Source: a virus. Taken from it: 31,151 nucleotides of DNA. The position numbers and the translations under genes are program-made. Position 1 is the first letter of the stretch. The number at the start of each line of letters is the position of its first letter. Below are positions 1-7,895 of this stretch, piece after piece. The notes beneath the pieces are model-generated. The model did not search any database. It was not told the origin of the DNA and worked only from the letters and a program-made list of their open reading frames with translations. Location of the stretch: positions 1 through 31,151 of the IMG/VR virus record IMGVR_UViG_3300045988_085915. One strand, written 5' to 3'.

Positions 1-119
1 ACTATCAAACTAAAACTACTTCCATATTGAAAATTGAGCTGGGATTAATTCCCAGTTTAATTTTAACCTTTACTGTAACTTTTTTACTAATATTTTGTAG
101 TAAGATAAATAAAAAAAGT
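1..119. repeat. Terminal direct repeat, identical to 31033..31151. Circular-assembly overlap or short DTR; unit genome 31,032 bp.
   Basis: Positions 1-119 (actatcaaactaaaac...aaaaaaagt) match 31033-31151 base for base by direct comparison. Confidence 0.95.
33..64 (+). terminator. Intrinsic-terminator-like hairpin downstream of the + strand GIY-YIG gene on the circular map
   Basis: Core stem CTGGGA(39-44)/TCCCAG(50-55) with a 5-nt loop. It extends to 12 bp (33-61) using two G-U pairs on the + strand RNA, followed by TTTT. Confidence 0.55.
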
Positions 120-123
120 TACA
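74..123 (+). promoter_or_regulatory. 50-bp inverted-repeat-armed element, copy 1, 34 nt upstream of the helicase-like gene
   Basis: TGTAACTTTTTTA-N24-TAAAAAAAGTTACA with core ACTAATATTTTGTAGTAAG. Exactly 50 nt, as are the copies at 16360 and 25289. Confidence 0.6.
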
Positions 124-157
124 TATAAAATTTATTAACTTATTAAAAATTACTATT

Positions 158-1876
158 ATGAAAACTTATTTAAATAATTTAATCAATGAATTACCTACTA
201 ACTGCTTATTTGACAAAGGTAAAGTAGGATGTGGTGGAACTTCAATGGCTTTAGAGTGTGATAAGCCTTATGTTATATGTGTTCCATTTGTAAGTTTAGT
301 TGAGAATAAACTTGCTCAATATCCTAATGAAAGACGTAAAGAGCCTATTTTTGGAGTTTATCAAGGTGTTACTAAGACAGATATTGAAGCTTATATATCT
401 TCAGTTAAATGCCCTAAAATCATTGTTACTTATAATTCTCTTTATAAAGTAATAGAAGCGGTAAATCCTAAAGATTATAGCCTATTAATTGATGAATATC
501 ATATACTATTTAATCAATATAGTCTTAGAAGAGATGCAATTAAAGATGTATTAAAGACATATAGTCTATTTAAAGAATATACATTTATGACTGCAACTCC
601 ATTAGAAGATGAATTTGTTTTAGATGAATTGTCTAAACTGCCATTAGTAAGACAAGAATGGGATGATGTTATTGAGACTAAAGTTCAGACTGTTAAATGC
701 AAGAATGTAGAAGCTTCCACAATTAAGCTTATAAATGGATTTTTAAGTGGGAATGTTGAAGGTAATGCTTATATATTTGTTAACTCTGTTGACTTTATAA
801 AGAATCTTATTTTAAAGGCTAAACTTACAGCAGATAACACAAGAGTAGTATATTCTAAGAATAATAGAACTAAACTGCCAATTCAGAATTCTTCAGTAAA
901 TGATGAACCTAAGAAGATTAATTTGTTGACTTCTACTGTATTTGAAGGTTCTGATATTTATGATGAAAATGGAAGAATTATTGTAGTTAGTGATTCCTCT
1001 AAAGCTCAGACTCTTTTAGATATATCTACTTCAATTCAACAGATTGCTGGTAGAATTAGAAATAGTAAATATTTAAATTGGATTACTCATCTTTATTCAG
1101 CCACAAGATATGCAGAGATAGATTATGATACATTTAAAAATAATACATTAAAGAATATTGAAGAAACAAAGATTGCAGTTGAATCATATAATCAGCTTCC
1201 AGAAGTAGCTCGTAAGAAGATTACAGACTTTACAAGTGACACATATATTCAAATTAATGAGGATTATACCTTTGAATTTGACCCAAATATGGCTAAAGTA
1301 GATATATTCAATTTTAAGGTTGCAAGAGGTTTATACTCTGTAAGAGTTAATCTTACTAATGAATATCTAAAGAATGGCTTTATAAAGGTTGCTGAATGTG
1401 AAGATAAATCTATTAAGATAGACCTTGAAGCTCCTAGTAAGTCATTTCAGGAGCTTATTAAAGATGTAAGAGCTGAATGGGAAACTAAATTTAAAGTTGG
1501 AACTCCTATATTAAATGAAGCTCTAATTAAATATCCTTGGTTAAATGATGCAATTAATAAACTGGGATTTGAAAGAATGGCAACTTTGGGTTATTGCATT
1601 AAAGATATTAAAGAGGAGCTTGTTAAAATATCAGATAAAAATATGCCAAATAAGGTTGCCAAATTACTTACAAGAGATATTCAGAATGGTATGTTCTACA
1701 ATTTAGCTTTATTGAAGAATAAGATTGCTGATGTATATAAGACTTTAGGTATAAAGAAAACTGCAAAGGCAACAGATATTGAACACTATTTTGAAGTTAG
1801 AAAATCAACTAAAACTGAAAAGGATGTTAGAAGCAAAGGATACATTATTATTAGACCAAGATTCATATTTAAATAG
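158..1876 (+). CDS. SF2 helicase-like NTPase (572 aa); the only obvious replication-type gene
   Basis: Uninterrupted ORF ending in TAG. SF2 motifs by eye: GCGGTS (motif I-like, lacks the Lys), LLIDEYH (DExH), MTATP (III), TSTVFEGSDI (V), QQIAGRIRN (VI). All 4 Trp are TGG. Confidence 0.7.
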   Translation: MKTYLNNLINELPTNCLFDKGKVGCGGTSMALECDKPYVICVPFVSLVENKLAQYPNERRKEPIFGVYQGVTKTDIEAYISSVKCPKIIVTYNSLYKVIEAVNPKDYSLLIDEYHILFNQYSLRRDAIKDVLKTYSLFKEYTFMTATPLEDEFVLDELSKLPLVRQEWDDVIETKVQTVKCKNVEASTIKLINGFLSGNVEGNAYIFVNSVDFIKNLILKAKLTADNTRVVYSKNNRTKLPIQNSSVNDEPKKINLLTSTVFEGSDIYDENGRIIVVSDSSKAQTLLDISTSIQQIAGRIRNSKYLNWITHLYSATRYAEIDYDTFKNNTLKNIEETKIAVESYNQLPEVARKKITDFTSDTYIQINEDYTFEFDPNMAKVDIFNFKVARGLYSVRVNLTNEYLKNGFIKVAECEDKSIKIDLEAPSKSFQELIKDVRAEWETKFKVGTPILNEALIKYPWLNDAINKLGFERMATLGYCIKDIKEELVKISDKNMPNKVAKLLTRDIQNGMFYNLALLKNKIADVYKTLGIKKTAKATDIEHYFEVRKSTKTEKDVRSKGYIIIRPRFIFK

Positions 1877-1940
1877 AATTGCGGATATTAAAGAAACTCT
1901 TAAAAAGTCAGAAGATACTATTAAGGAGTTTGATAAGTGA

Positions 1941-2036
1941 ATGAATGAATTTAAAGAGAATTCTAAGAAATTAGGAGATATTATAGATAGAGTATTAGCA
2001 CAAAGAGATTTTACATTTATTTCAAAATTTGATTAA
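1941..2036 (+). CDS. Small hypothetical protein (31 aa). May extend upstream to ATG 1824 through an in-frame TGA at 1938-1940, giving 70 aa.
   Basis: ATG preceded by AAGGAG (1923-1928); TAA stop. The extended version would overlap the helicase gene by 53 nt. Confidence 0.3.
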   Translation: MNEFKENSKKLGDIIDRVLAQRDFTFISKFD

Positions 2037-2038
2037 TT

Positions 2039-2173
2039 ATGGATGATTTTTTATTTAAAAAGCTTGAAGAACTAGAATATAGAATAGTTCAATTAGAGAA
2101 CCAAAACAAAGGGTTAGTTTGGGAAGAAGTAGAAGAAAAACCAGAGATTCCTAACGCAACATATATTGACTAA
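2039..2173 (+). CDS. Small hypothetical protein (44 aa, acidic, coiled-coil-like)
   Basis: ATG..TAA ORF, MDDFLFKKLEELEYRIVQLENQNKG..., tightly packed after the previous ORF. Confidence 0.35.
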   Translation: MDDFLFKKLEELEYRIVQLENQNKGLVWEEVEEKPEIPNATYID

Positions 2174-2174
2174 T

Positions 2175-2315
2175 ATGAAATACCAAACCTATAAAGTATG
2201 TATAAATGGAGTGTATTATGTATATGTAATACCAGAAAATAGTAAATTCTTAGTAGATTTACAAACTGGAGAATTAATACCTAAAGATGAGAAATTATTT
2301 GAGATAATGGAATAA
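2175..2315 (+). CDS. Small hypothetical protein (46 aa)
   Basis: ATG..TAA ORF, MKYQTYKVCINGVYYVYVIPEN..., starting 2 nt after the previous stop. Last + strand ORF before the bidirectional hairpin. Confidence 0.35.
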   Translation: MKYQTYKVCINGVYYVYVIPENSKFLVDLQTGELIPKDEKLFEIME

Positions 2316-2319
2316 ATGA

Positions 2320-2347
2320 AAATAGGAGGGCATAAACCCTCCTATTT
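2320..2347. terminator. Bidirectional terminator hairpin between convergent + and - strand genes
   Basis: 11-bp stem AAATAGGAGGG / CCCTCCTATTT with a 6-nt loop. It lies between the stop at 2315 (+) and the stop at 2352 (-), with A/T runs on both sides. Confidence 0.7.
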
Positions 2348-2351
2348 CTGT

Positions 2352-2921
2352 TTAAGCGTATTTTCAAATGTATCCTTTAGATGTTTGCTTTAATCCACTA
2401 CATACTCTACTAATGGCTCCTCTATCAGTTCCTACTGCATTAGCCGCTTCAGTACAGCTTTCATATTCCTTAATAAAATTTCCCTCTAAATCATATTGTA
2501 AAACCTTTTTACATCTTTTCTTATTATGAATTTCATTACTAATCTTCCAAGGCAAACTATATAAATGTTTCTTACCTTTATTTGATTCTGATAGTTTCTT
2601 TCTTCATTCTGGAGAAAATTTTATTCCATAGTTGCCACCTTCACCTCCTGGCTTCAAGTTTAAACACATTGGATCTACTTCCCATTTATCTCCTATTAAT
2701 TCATACTCCTTTTTAGATAATTCATCTGAATCATTACAGAATGCAATTATTTCTTTTTTATATGCATTAGGAAATCTTTTATAGTAGTTCTTAATAATTT
2801 TACCAGAACCTTTATATGGATCTTTATATGGGTCTTTTCCTTTATAAATACGCTTACCAATGTAATATTTTCCTCTCAATGAGCCAGCAGTTAAATAAAT
2901 TTTATAACAATAGTAAAACAT
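2352..2921 (-). CDS. GIY-YIG homing endonuclease with NUMOD3-like and C-terminal IENR1/NUMOD1-like HTH (189 aa)
   Basis: N-terminus YCYKIY...GKYYIGKR (GIY..YIG). Two in-frame TGA (2604-2606, 2364-2366) join track ORFs 2604..2921 and 2364..2555. The second gives the typical GYIWKY C-terminal motif. TAA stop. Confidence 0.85.
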
Positions 2922-2923
2922 AA

Positions 2924-3376
2924 TTATATAATAGTAAATTTCTGTCGTCTTTGCATTCCGTCTTTATTCTTTAATCCCAAGTGTATTCAACTTGCTATAC
3001 CATTCTTAGGCTTTTCATATATCAACTGGTCTCAATTTAATTCTTCAATAGCTTCAGCAATCCAACTTTGGAATACTTTCATATTACCATTAATTGGAGA
3101 TATATCTGCTGCATACCCTGTTAAATGAGCAGAAGTTGAAGATCCTCCCACTGCTTTATTAAGCTCCTTATTCCTAAAACCAGAGGAAATCCTGATGCCT
3201 GCATTGCCAAGCTGATTGTCATCACAATACTTTGCCCATCTCTCTCTTATTGGGTCTAAAAGCTTCTCGACCAACTCTATCAGGTGCTCTGTTATACTCT
3301 CATCTGGAGTGTTATTTATATGCTTAATTGAAGCAGTATCAGATCTTGTTAATTCTTCGAGTGTGAAATACTTCAT
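2924..3376 (-). CDS. Endolysin, peptidase M15 family (D-Ala-D-Ala / L-Ala-D-Glu peptidase type), 150 aa
   Basis: FTLEEL..S.TA....INN.P, ISSGFRNKELNKAVGGSSTSAHLTGYAADI (SxHxxGxAxD). After TGA 3032-3034 it continues W-DQLIYE...AS-W(TGA 2987-2989)-IHLGL, matching the family's aromatic-DQLI and aromatic-(I/V)H motifs. TAA stop. Confidence 0.85.
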
Positions 3377-3534
3377 TATTTATATGAATTATGCAGTTTA
3401 TAAAGATAAATAAAATAGCACACTGCTCCAAATAACGTTAAACTAATAGTAATCCAAAAAGGAATTACTTTAATTAACAAAAATGCAATCATTAATAGTA
3501 CAACTACTATTACATATTTTAACCAATATTTCAT
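3376..3534 (-). CDS. Holin-like small membrane protein (52 aa, two hydrophobic segments)
   Basis: MKYWLKYVIVVVLLMIAFLLIKVIPFWITISLTLFGAVCYFIYLYKLHNSYK. Its TAA overlaps the endolysin ATG (TAATG). Below the ORF-track size cutoff. Confidence 0.6.
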   Translation of the reverse strand: MKYWLKYVIVVVLLMIAFLLIKVIPFWITISLTLFGAVCYFIYLYKLHNSYK

Positions 3535-3535
3535 A

Positions 3536-4192
3536 TTACATCTTATTTAAAATTATACTTATCTGTATTCCAGCTCTTCTTAGATGTACTCAAGTATCAT
3601 AAGGCATAGGTGTATCACAGAATGATAAACCTAAAATGCCAATATCTTTATCCTCAGTCTTTAAATAAAATACTGCTATTTCATTCACTCCGTTGGATTT
3701 AAATGCATAATATAATCTTGGATCATCTGTTTCTAAACTATCTATATTACCAAACCATCCATCATTCTTAGAAAACTCTATAATTGAAGTATAGTCAGAT
3801 AACAGGAAGTCTTTATAATGGCTACTTACAGATCTTATTCCTGGTTTTACTTCCTCTGCATTCATTACTCCATAAGTAAATGGAAGTCCTCCTAATCCAG
3901 TAGTTCCATTATGATATTCAATAACCCAAGCTCTATCAGCATTGGTACTTTGAAGCAATTCTTTAAGCTTATATTTAATCTTCAAAGTTGCTTCATTTCT
4001 TGCAATAGTTTTAGAATTGTGAGTTTGTTCAATATAGGTTACAACCTTATTATAAACAATAGAGGGATTAAGTGTAATAACCATTACATAGGATATAAAT
4101 ATTAATCCAATCCCTGCTTTAAATATCTTTAGTAATCCATATTTATCAACCCATTCTAATACTTTACCAAACCAATTTAATTTATTTTCCAT
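3536..4192 (-). CDS. Membrane-anchored protein of unknown function (218 aa), directly upstream of holin and endolysin
   Basis: Start MENKLNW... overlaps the upstream stop (TAATG). N-terminal TM segment AGIGLIFISYVMVITL. TGA at 3590-3592 extends the ORF by 17 aa to TAA at 3536. Confidence 0.6.
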
Positions 4193-4617
4193 TACATACT
4201 GTCTTGACATAAACCCAGTGTGTTGTCAACTTGGAAATCAGCTCTAACAAACACTCCGCAGGTAATATCTTTGAACTTTTGATAGAATGGAGTATAAATT
4301 AAAGGATAAGCTATTTCAACTTCTGGATATAGGTTATTAAAACGATTAATTATATTTTGCAGTGCAAGCATACCTGCTGACTGTTCCTCCAATTGGTTGT
4401 TATCAGTCTCATCCCATCTTGATACGAAGTATAGGTTTAAAGAGTAAGTAATAGTATCTTCATCTACACTAAAAGTATTAGGTGTTATATAGAACACATT
4501 ATACTCAATAGTTGGTAAGCTATTTAACTCATAAATATCTTTACTTCCTACAAAATTGATGTTTGGCTCTTCTAATGCACAAGCTTTTAAATTGCTAATT
4601 ATCTCATAGTAGGTCAT
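4192..4617 (-). CDS. Hypothetical virion protein, possibly head-tail joining (141 aa)
   Basis: Uninterrupted ORF packed between the adaptor-like gene and the membrane protein. The function is a positional guess only. Confidence 0.5.
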   Translation of the reverse strand: MTYYEIISNLKACALEEPNINFVGSKDIYELNSLPTIEYNVFYITPNTFSVDEDTITYSLNLYFVSRWDETDNNQLEEQSAGMLALQNIINRFNNLYPEVEIAYPLIYTPFYQKFKDITCGVFVRADFQVDNTLGLCQDSM

Positions 4618-4619
4618 AA

Positions 4620-5306
4620 TTACTTACTCTTTTTATTATTACTTGAAGGGAAATCATAAGCTCTTTGAAGAGGTCCCTCTCCAGGTTTAATGCTCCATCC
4701 CTTACCTCTTGCTCCACCAAGCCAAATATTGCAAGATGAGCTAGAATAAAGATTGGGAAACATATCCTTTAATGGCTTATATGTATAAAGCTCAGGGAAT
4801 TCATTATAATATGTAATTATAAAGTCCTGTAAACGAGTCTTAAAGAAATCCGCCTTATCTCTATAATACTTCTTAATTTGATTTACTTGACTTGCTTCAG
4901 CAGCAATATCTTTCTCATCATCAGTTCTCATAACTCCAAAATTACCAAGCTTATAAGATATAGGAATTACTATCTCGCTAAGTACTTGATAAAGTAAATA
5001 AGGCTGAACATAATAGTCTAATAGCTCTTTATATCTGTAGTTATCAGAATCATCAATAGAATCACTTGGAAGTGGCTCAGGAGGCTCTATTGGATGAACT
5101 GGGGTATGAGGATCAATCCAATTAATACATTTCTTTTGTAATGCTTCCAATAGCTTAGTACCAATAGTTGACTGAAGTTCTACATCTTGTGCCAACTTAA
5201 TTGCTGATTGAAGATACTTGCCAGAAACATTATTGTCTAAATTAGATTCAGATTTGATATAATCTTCACTAATTAGAAGTACATTTCTAAAATCCATTTG
5301 TTCCAT
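4620..5306 (-). CDS. Putative head-tail adaptor / connector-like protein (228 aa from ATG 5306)
   Basis: ORF immediately after the portal stop (5308). The N-terminal pattern LISEDYIKSESNLDNNVSGKYLQSAIKLAQDVELQSTIG resembles gp6-like connector N-termini. Assignment is weak. Confidence 0.5.
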   Translation of the reverse strand: MEQMDFRNVLLISEDYIKSESNLDNNVSGKYLQSAIKLAQDVELQSTIGTKLLEALQKKCINWIDPHTPVHPIEPPEPLPSDSIDDSDNYRYKELLDYYVQPYLLYQVLSEIVIPISYKLGNFGVMRTDDEKDIAAEASQVNQIKKYYRDKADFFKTRLQDFIITYYNEFPELYTYKPLKDMFPNLYSSSSCNIWLGGARGKGWSIKPGEGPLQRAYDFPSSNNKKSK

Positions 5307-5307
5307 A

Positions 5308-6390
5308 TTATTCAACTATTTTAGAATCAGCTGTATCTAAGCTAAATGGGGTAATTGTGATAGAATTCTTCATACCAAAGATTTTGTCAAATGTATCACA
5401 AATATCTTTTTGCATAGGTTTAATCATCGTTCTATTATATAGTTTAAATGATGAATTAAACTCTTGCTCATTAAATCCAGTAGAATCAGAGTTTATTCCA
5501 AATAAGTTAGGATTAGCTCTAAATGCGCAGAATATCTGTTCTCTTGTCCTATCAGATAAAGCACTATATTTCTCATCAAAATCATCAGAGTCTAAACGCT
5601 CAATAGTAGTCTTATTTGTTTCATCATCATTATATGAAATAAGAACTCTGCCAGCATTTTGAAATCCTGAGAATTTCTCATTAATATTCATCTCAATCTC
5701 TTCTTTAACTTCATCTGTAGGCTGTCCATTATTAAAGTTAATGATAAGATTGCCCATAAATCCATTATGAAGAGAATTTAGATGGAACTCATTAATATTC
5801 TTCTCAGTTTCGCAAGATAAGATAGCTGCACCATAAACAGGGACTGGATATACTTTTCTTGTTATATAGCCCTTATTATAAACAACGCTTGTAGGATTAT
5901 CGTCTGAATAATTAAATTTTGGATATTTGATAGCTTTAATAGACCAAGCAGACCAATCATCAGCATAATAGAATACTTCATTCTTTTCATCAGAACGAAT
6001 CTTCATAAAGTCAAGATGGTATATTTCTGAAACTCTACCTAACATATCTCTAATTATTTGTAAAGCATATCCTCCAAAAATCATCTTATCTTTAGATACT
6101 TTACGCATAATATCCATAATAGTTTCACCTTTCTTATTTACAGTTACTTCAAATCCTGGTGCATTACATATAACATCATTACCAACAATAAAGTCAGCAG
6201 TCCCATTAATGATAGATTGAAGAGTAGCTACATTTAAATATAAATCCCATAAATATACAGGATAGCGATTATCTTCACCCCAAGAAATATAGTCCTTACC
6301 TCTAACTTTACCTTCTACTGGCAATACGATGTTTGATACAATTACTGGATCAATTGCACTTAATTGTACTTTTGTTTTATTTTCGCTCAT
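5308..6390 (-). CDS. Portal protein (360 aa from MSENKTK)
   Basis: Size and motifs (YPVYLWDLY.NVATLQSIINGTADFIVGN, acidic C-terminal half) resemble small PBSX-type portals. No TGA; 4 TGG. Confidence 0.65.
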   Translation of the reverse strand: MSENKTKVQLSAIDPVIVSNIVLPVEGKVRGKDYISWGEDNRYPVYLWDLYLNVATLQSIINGTADFIVGNDVICNAPGFEVTVNKKGETIMDIMRKVSKDKMIFGGYALQIIRDMLGRVSEIYHLDFMKIRSDEKNEVFYYADDWSAWSIKAIKYPKFNYSDDNPTSVVYNKGYITRKVYPVPVYGAAILSCETEKNINEFHLNSLHNGFMGNLIINFNNGQPTDEVKEEIEMNINEKFSGFQNAGRVLISYNDDETNKTTIERLDSDDFDEKYSALSDRTREQIFCAFRANPNLFGINSDSTGFNEQEFNSSFKLYNRTMIKPMQKDICDTFDKIFGMKNSITITPFSLDTADSKIVE

Positions 6391-6769
6391 AAGCCGTATA
6401 TTTGTTTTGTTTATCGTATTGGTATTTATTATTCTGATAATCTCCAATTCTTATTAATCCTGTTCCCAATATAGGTATAGGTTTACCAGCAACTAATATC
6501 TGTGTTCCTGTAGTAAGAGTATTTTCATAAGTTACCAGAATAACTGGATTGCCATATAACTCTGATCTAAATGGATTGTTTACATCAACTATAACTTGAA
6601 ATTTATTTGGATTAGTAAATAAAATATATTGATATTCACCGTCTCTCATTCCTTCTTGAAGTGTAATATCAAACTTATAGTAGATATTCTCAGAATAATT
6701 CTGATTTTCAAGATTAAATGTATAAACTTCTTTAGTAGTTGTATTTTGCATTAATAAAGTATAATTCAT
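6377..6769 (-). CDS. Hypothetical protein (130 aa)
   Basis: Uninterrupted ORF, first gene after the terminator at 6847-6870; overlaps the portal start by 14 nt. Confidence 0.5.
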   Translation of the reverse strand: MNYTLLMQNTTTKEVYTFNLENQNYSENIYYKFDITLQEGMRDGEYQYILFTNPNKFQVIVDVNNPFRSELYGNPVILVTYENTLTTGTQILVAGKPIPILGTGLIRIGDYQNNKYQYDKQNKYTAYERK

Positions 6770-6846
6770 ATTTTACAGCAATTTACATTAGTTTTACATA
6801 TCTTTTTCTTAAAATATAAACTAATTTACTAATGTATTAAAATAAT

Positions 6847-6870
6847 TAAAGGAGACCTAAGCCTCCTTTA
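6847..6870 (-). terminator. Intrinsic terminator after the fiber/RBP array
   Basis: The - strand RNA UAAAGGAGG-CUUAGG-UCUCCUUUA forms a 9-bp stem (one G-U), followed by AUUAUUUUAAU. It lies 53 nt downstream of the stop at 6923. Confidence 0.65.
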
Positions 6871-6922
6871 ATGTCAAGTTTTTTACTCACTCAAAGTACT
6901 AAGAAAAAATAAAAACTGACAA

Positions 6923-7894
6923 TTAGTTTGAACTTGCTAAAGTTCAGTTTTTAGATGTGGCTAATGATTTCTGTTCCTCAGTAAGTGCATTATAAACGTT
7001 AGTATAAAAAGTTAAAGTTTTGGTATCCTTTCCAGTTAAATCACTAACATTTGTAATAATATCAGTTACTGATTGACTATTTAGTGCTCTAAAATTTGCT
7101 AAATTCATACTTTTATCAGCTCCTTCAACACCCCCAAAATAAGTAACAGTAGTATTAGCAAATGCACATATTGAAGTTTTATTTAGATCTTCTGTTAATG
7201 TGCAATTATTTAATTTAATTTTTCCTACTGTTGTAACACCCTCATTATATGAACTAAAGTAATAATATAAAGATAGTTGTCCATTAATAACTTCAATTTC
7301 AGGAACATTACTGCTAACAGAATAAAAGAAAAATTGTAAAGATGATACACCAGTATCAACTTCATTTATCACTTTTAAAGTAGTTGGTAAATTAGAAGCA
7401 TTAAAGAATGTTCTTGTTGCATAATTTCAACTAGAGGATAAGGTATTAATTAATTCTAAATTATTTAGTATGCCTTGAAATCCAGAAAATGTGTACGAAT
7501 TCCCAACACTAGTTCTTATATTATCAATATATATATTATATGTGTTTTGGAAGGCATATGATGCGTCATATACTTTAGACAGATCAATATGACTTGATAT
7601 ATCTATTGTAGATATGAAATTAGTCCCATCAAATCAATGATTTATATTATCTGGAAGAGAATATTCTATATTATTATATTGCTCTTGTGTCATACTAGAA
7701 TATGCAAATGTTAATCCATAATCATTTAAATTAACCTTTCCTCCACCACCTCCAGAAATCTGTCCTATCTTATCTGCATAGCTTCTAAAGGTATCGGAAT
7801 CTGATATAGCAACACCTTTAGCTACAATAGCATCTTTAATGGCACTCTTAGTACCTTCAAGATACGTTAATTTATCAGAAATTGTATTTGCCAT
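6923..7894 (-). CDS. Receptor-binding / tail-fiber protein with BspA-like (DUF285-type) leucine-rich repeats, paralog 3 (323 aa)
   Basis: Three in-frame TGA (7634-7636, 7427-7429, 6944-6946) join the track ORFs. N-terminus MANTISDKLTYLEGTKSAIKDAIVAKGV is a common fiber N-terminal motif. C-terminal LTEEQKSLATSKN-TGA aligns with KNW (TGG) in the two paralogs. Confidence 0.75.
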
Positions 7895-7895
7895 A

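Noticed and set aside
1874-1876. TAG reassignment, as seen in many recoded gut phages
   Set aside because: TAG cleanly terminates the helicase gene (1874-1876), the 213-aa gene (25483-25485) and the HTH gene (28466-28468), each with the next gene or signal following. No gene model needs in-frame TAG readthrough.
1824-2036. A 70-aa version of the small + strand ORF, starting at ATG 1824 and reading through TGA 1938-1940
   Set aside because: It would overlap the helicase gene by 53 nt, whereas the ATG at 1941 has an upstream AAGGAG. I kept the shorter model and noted the alternative.
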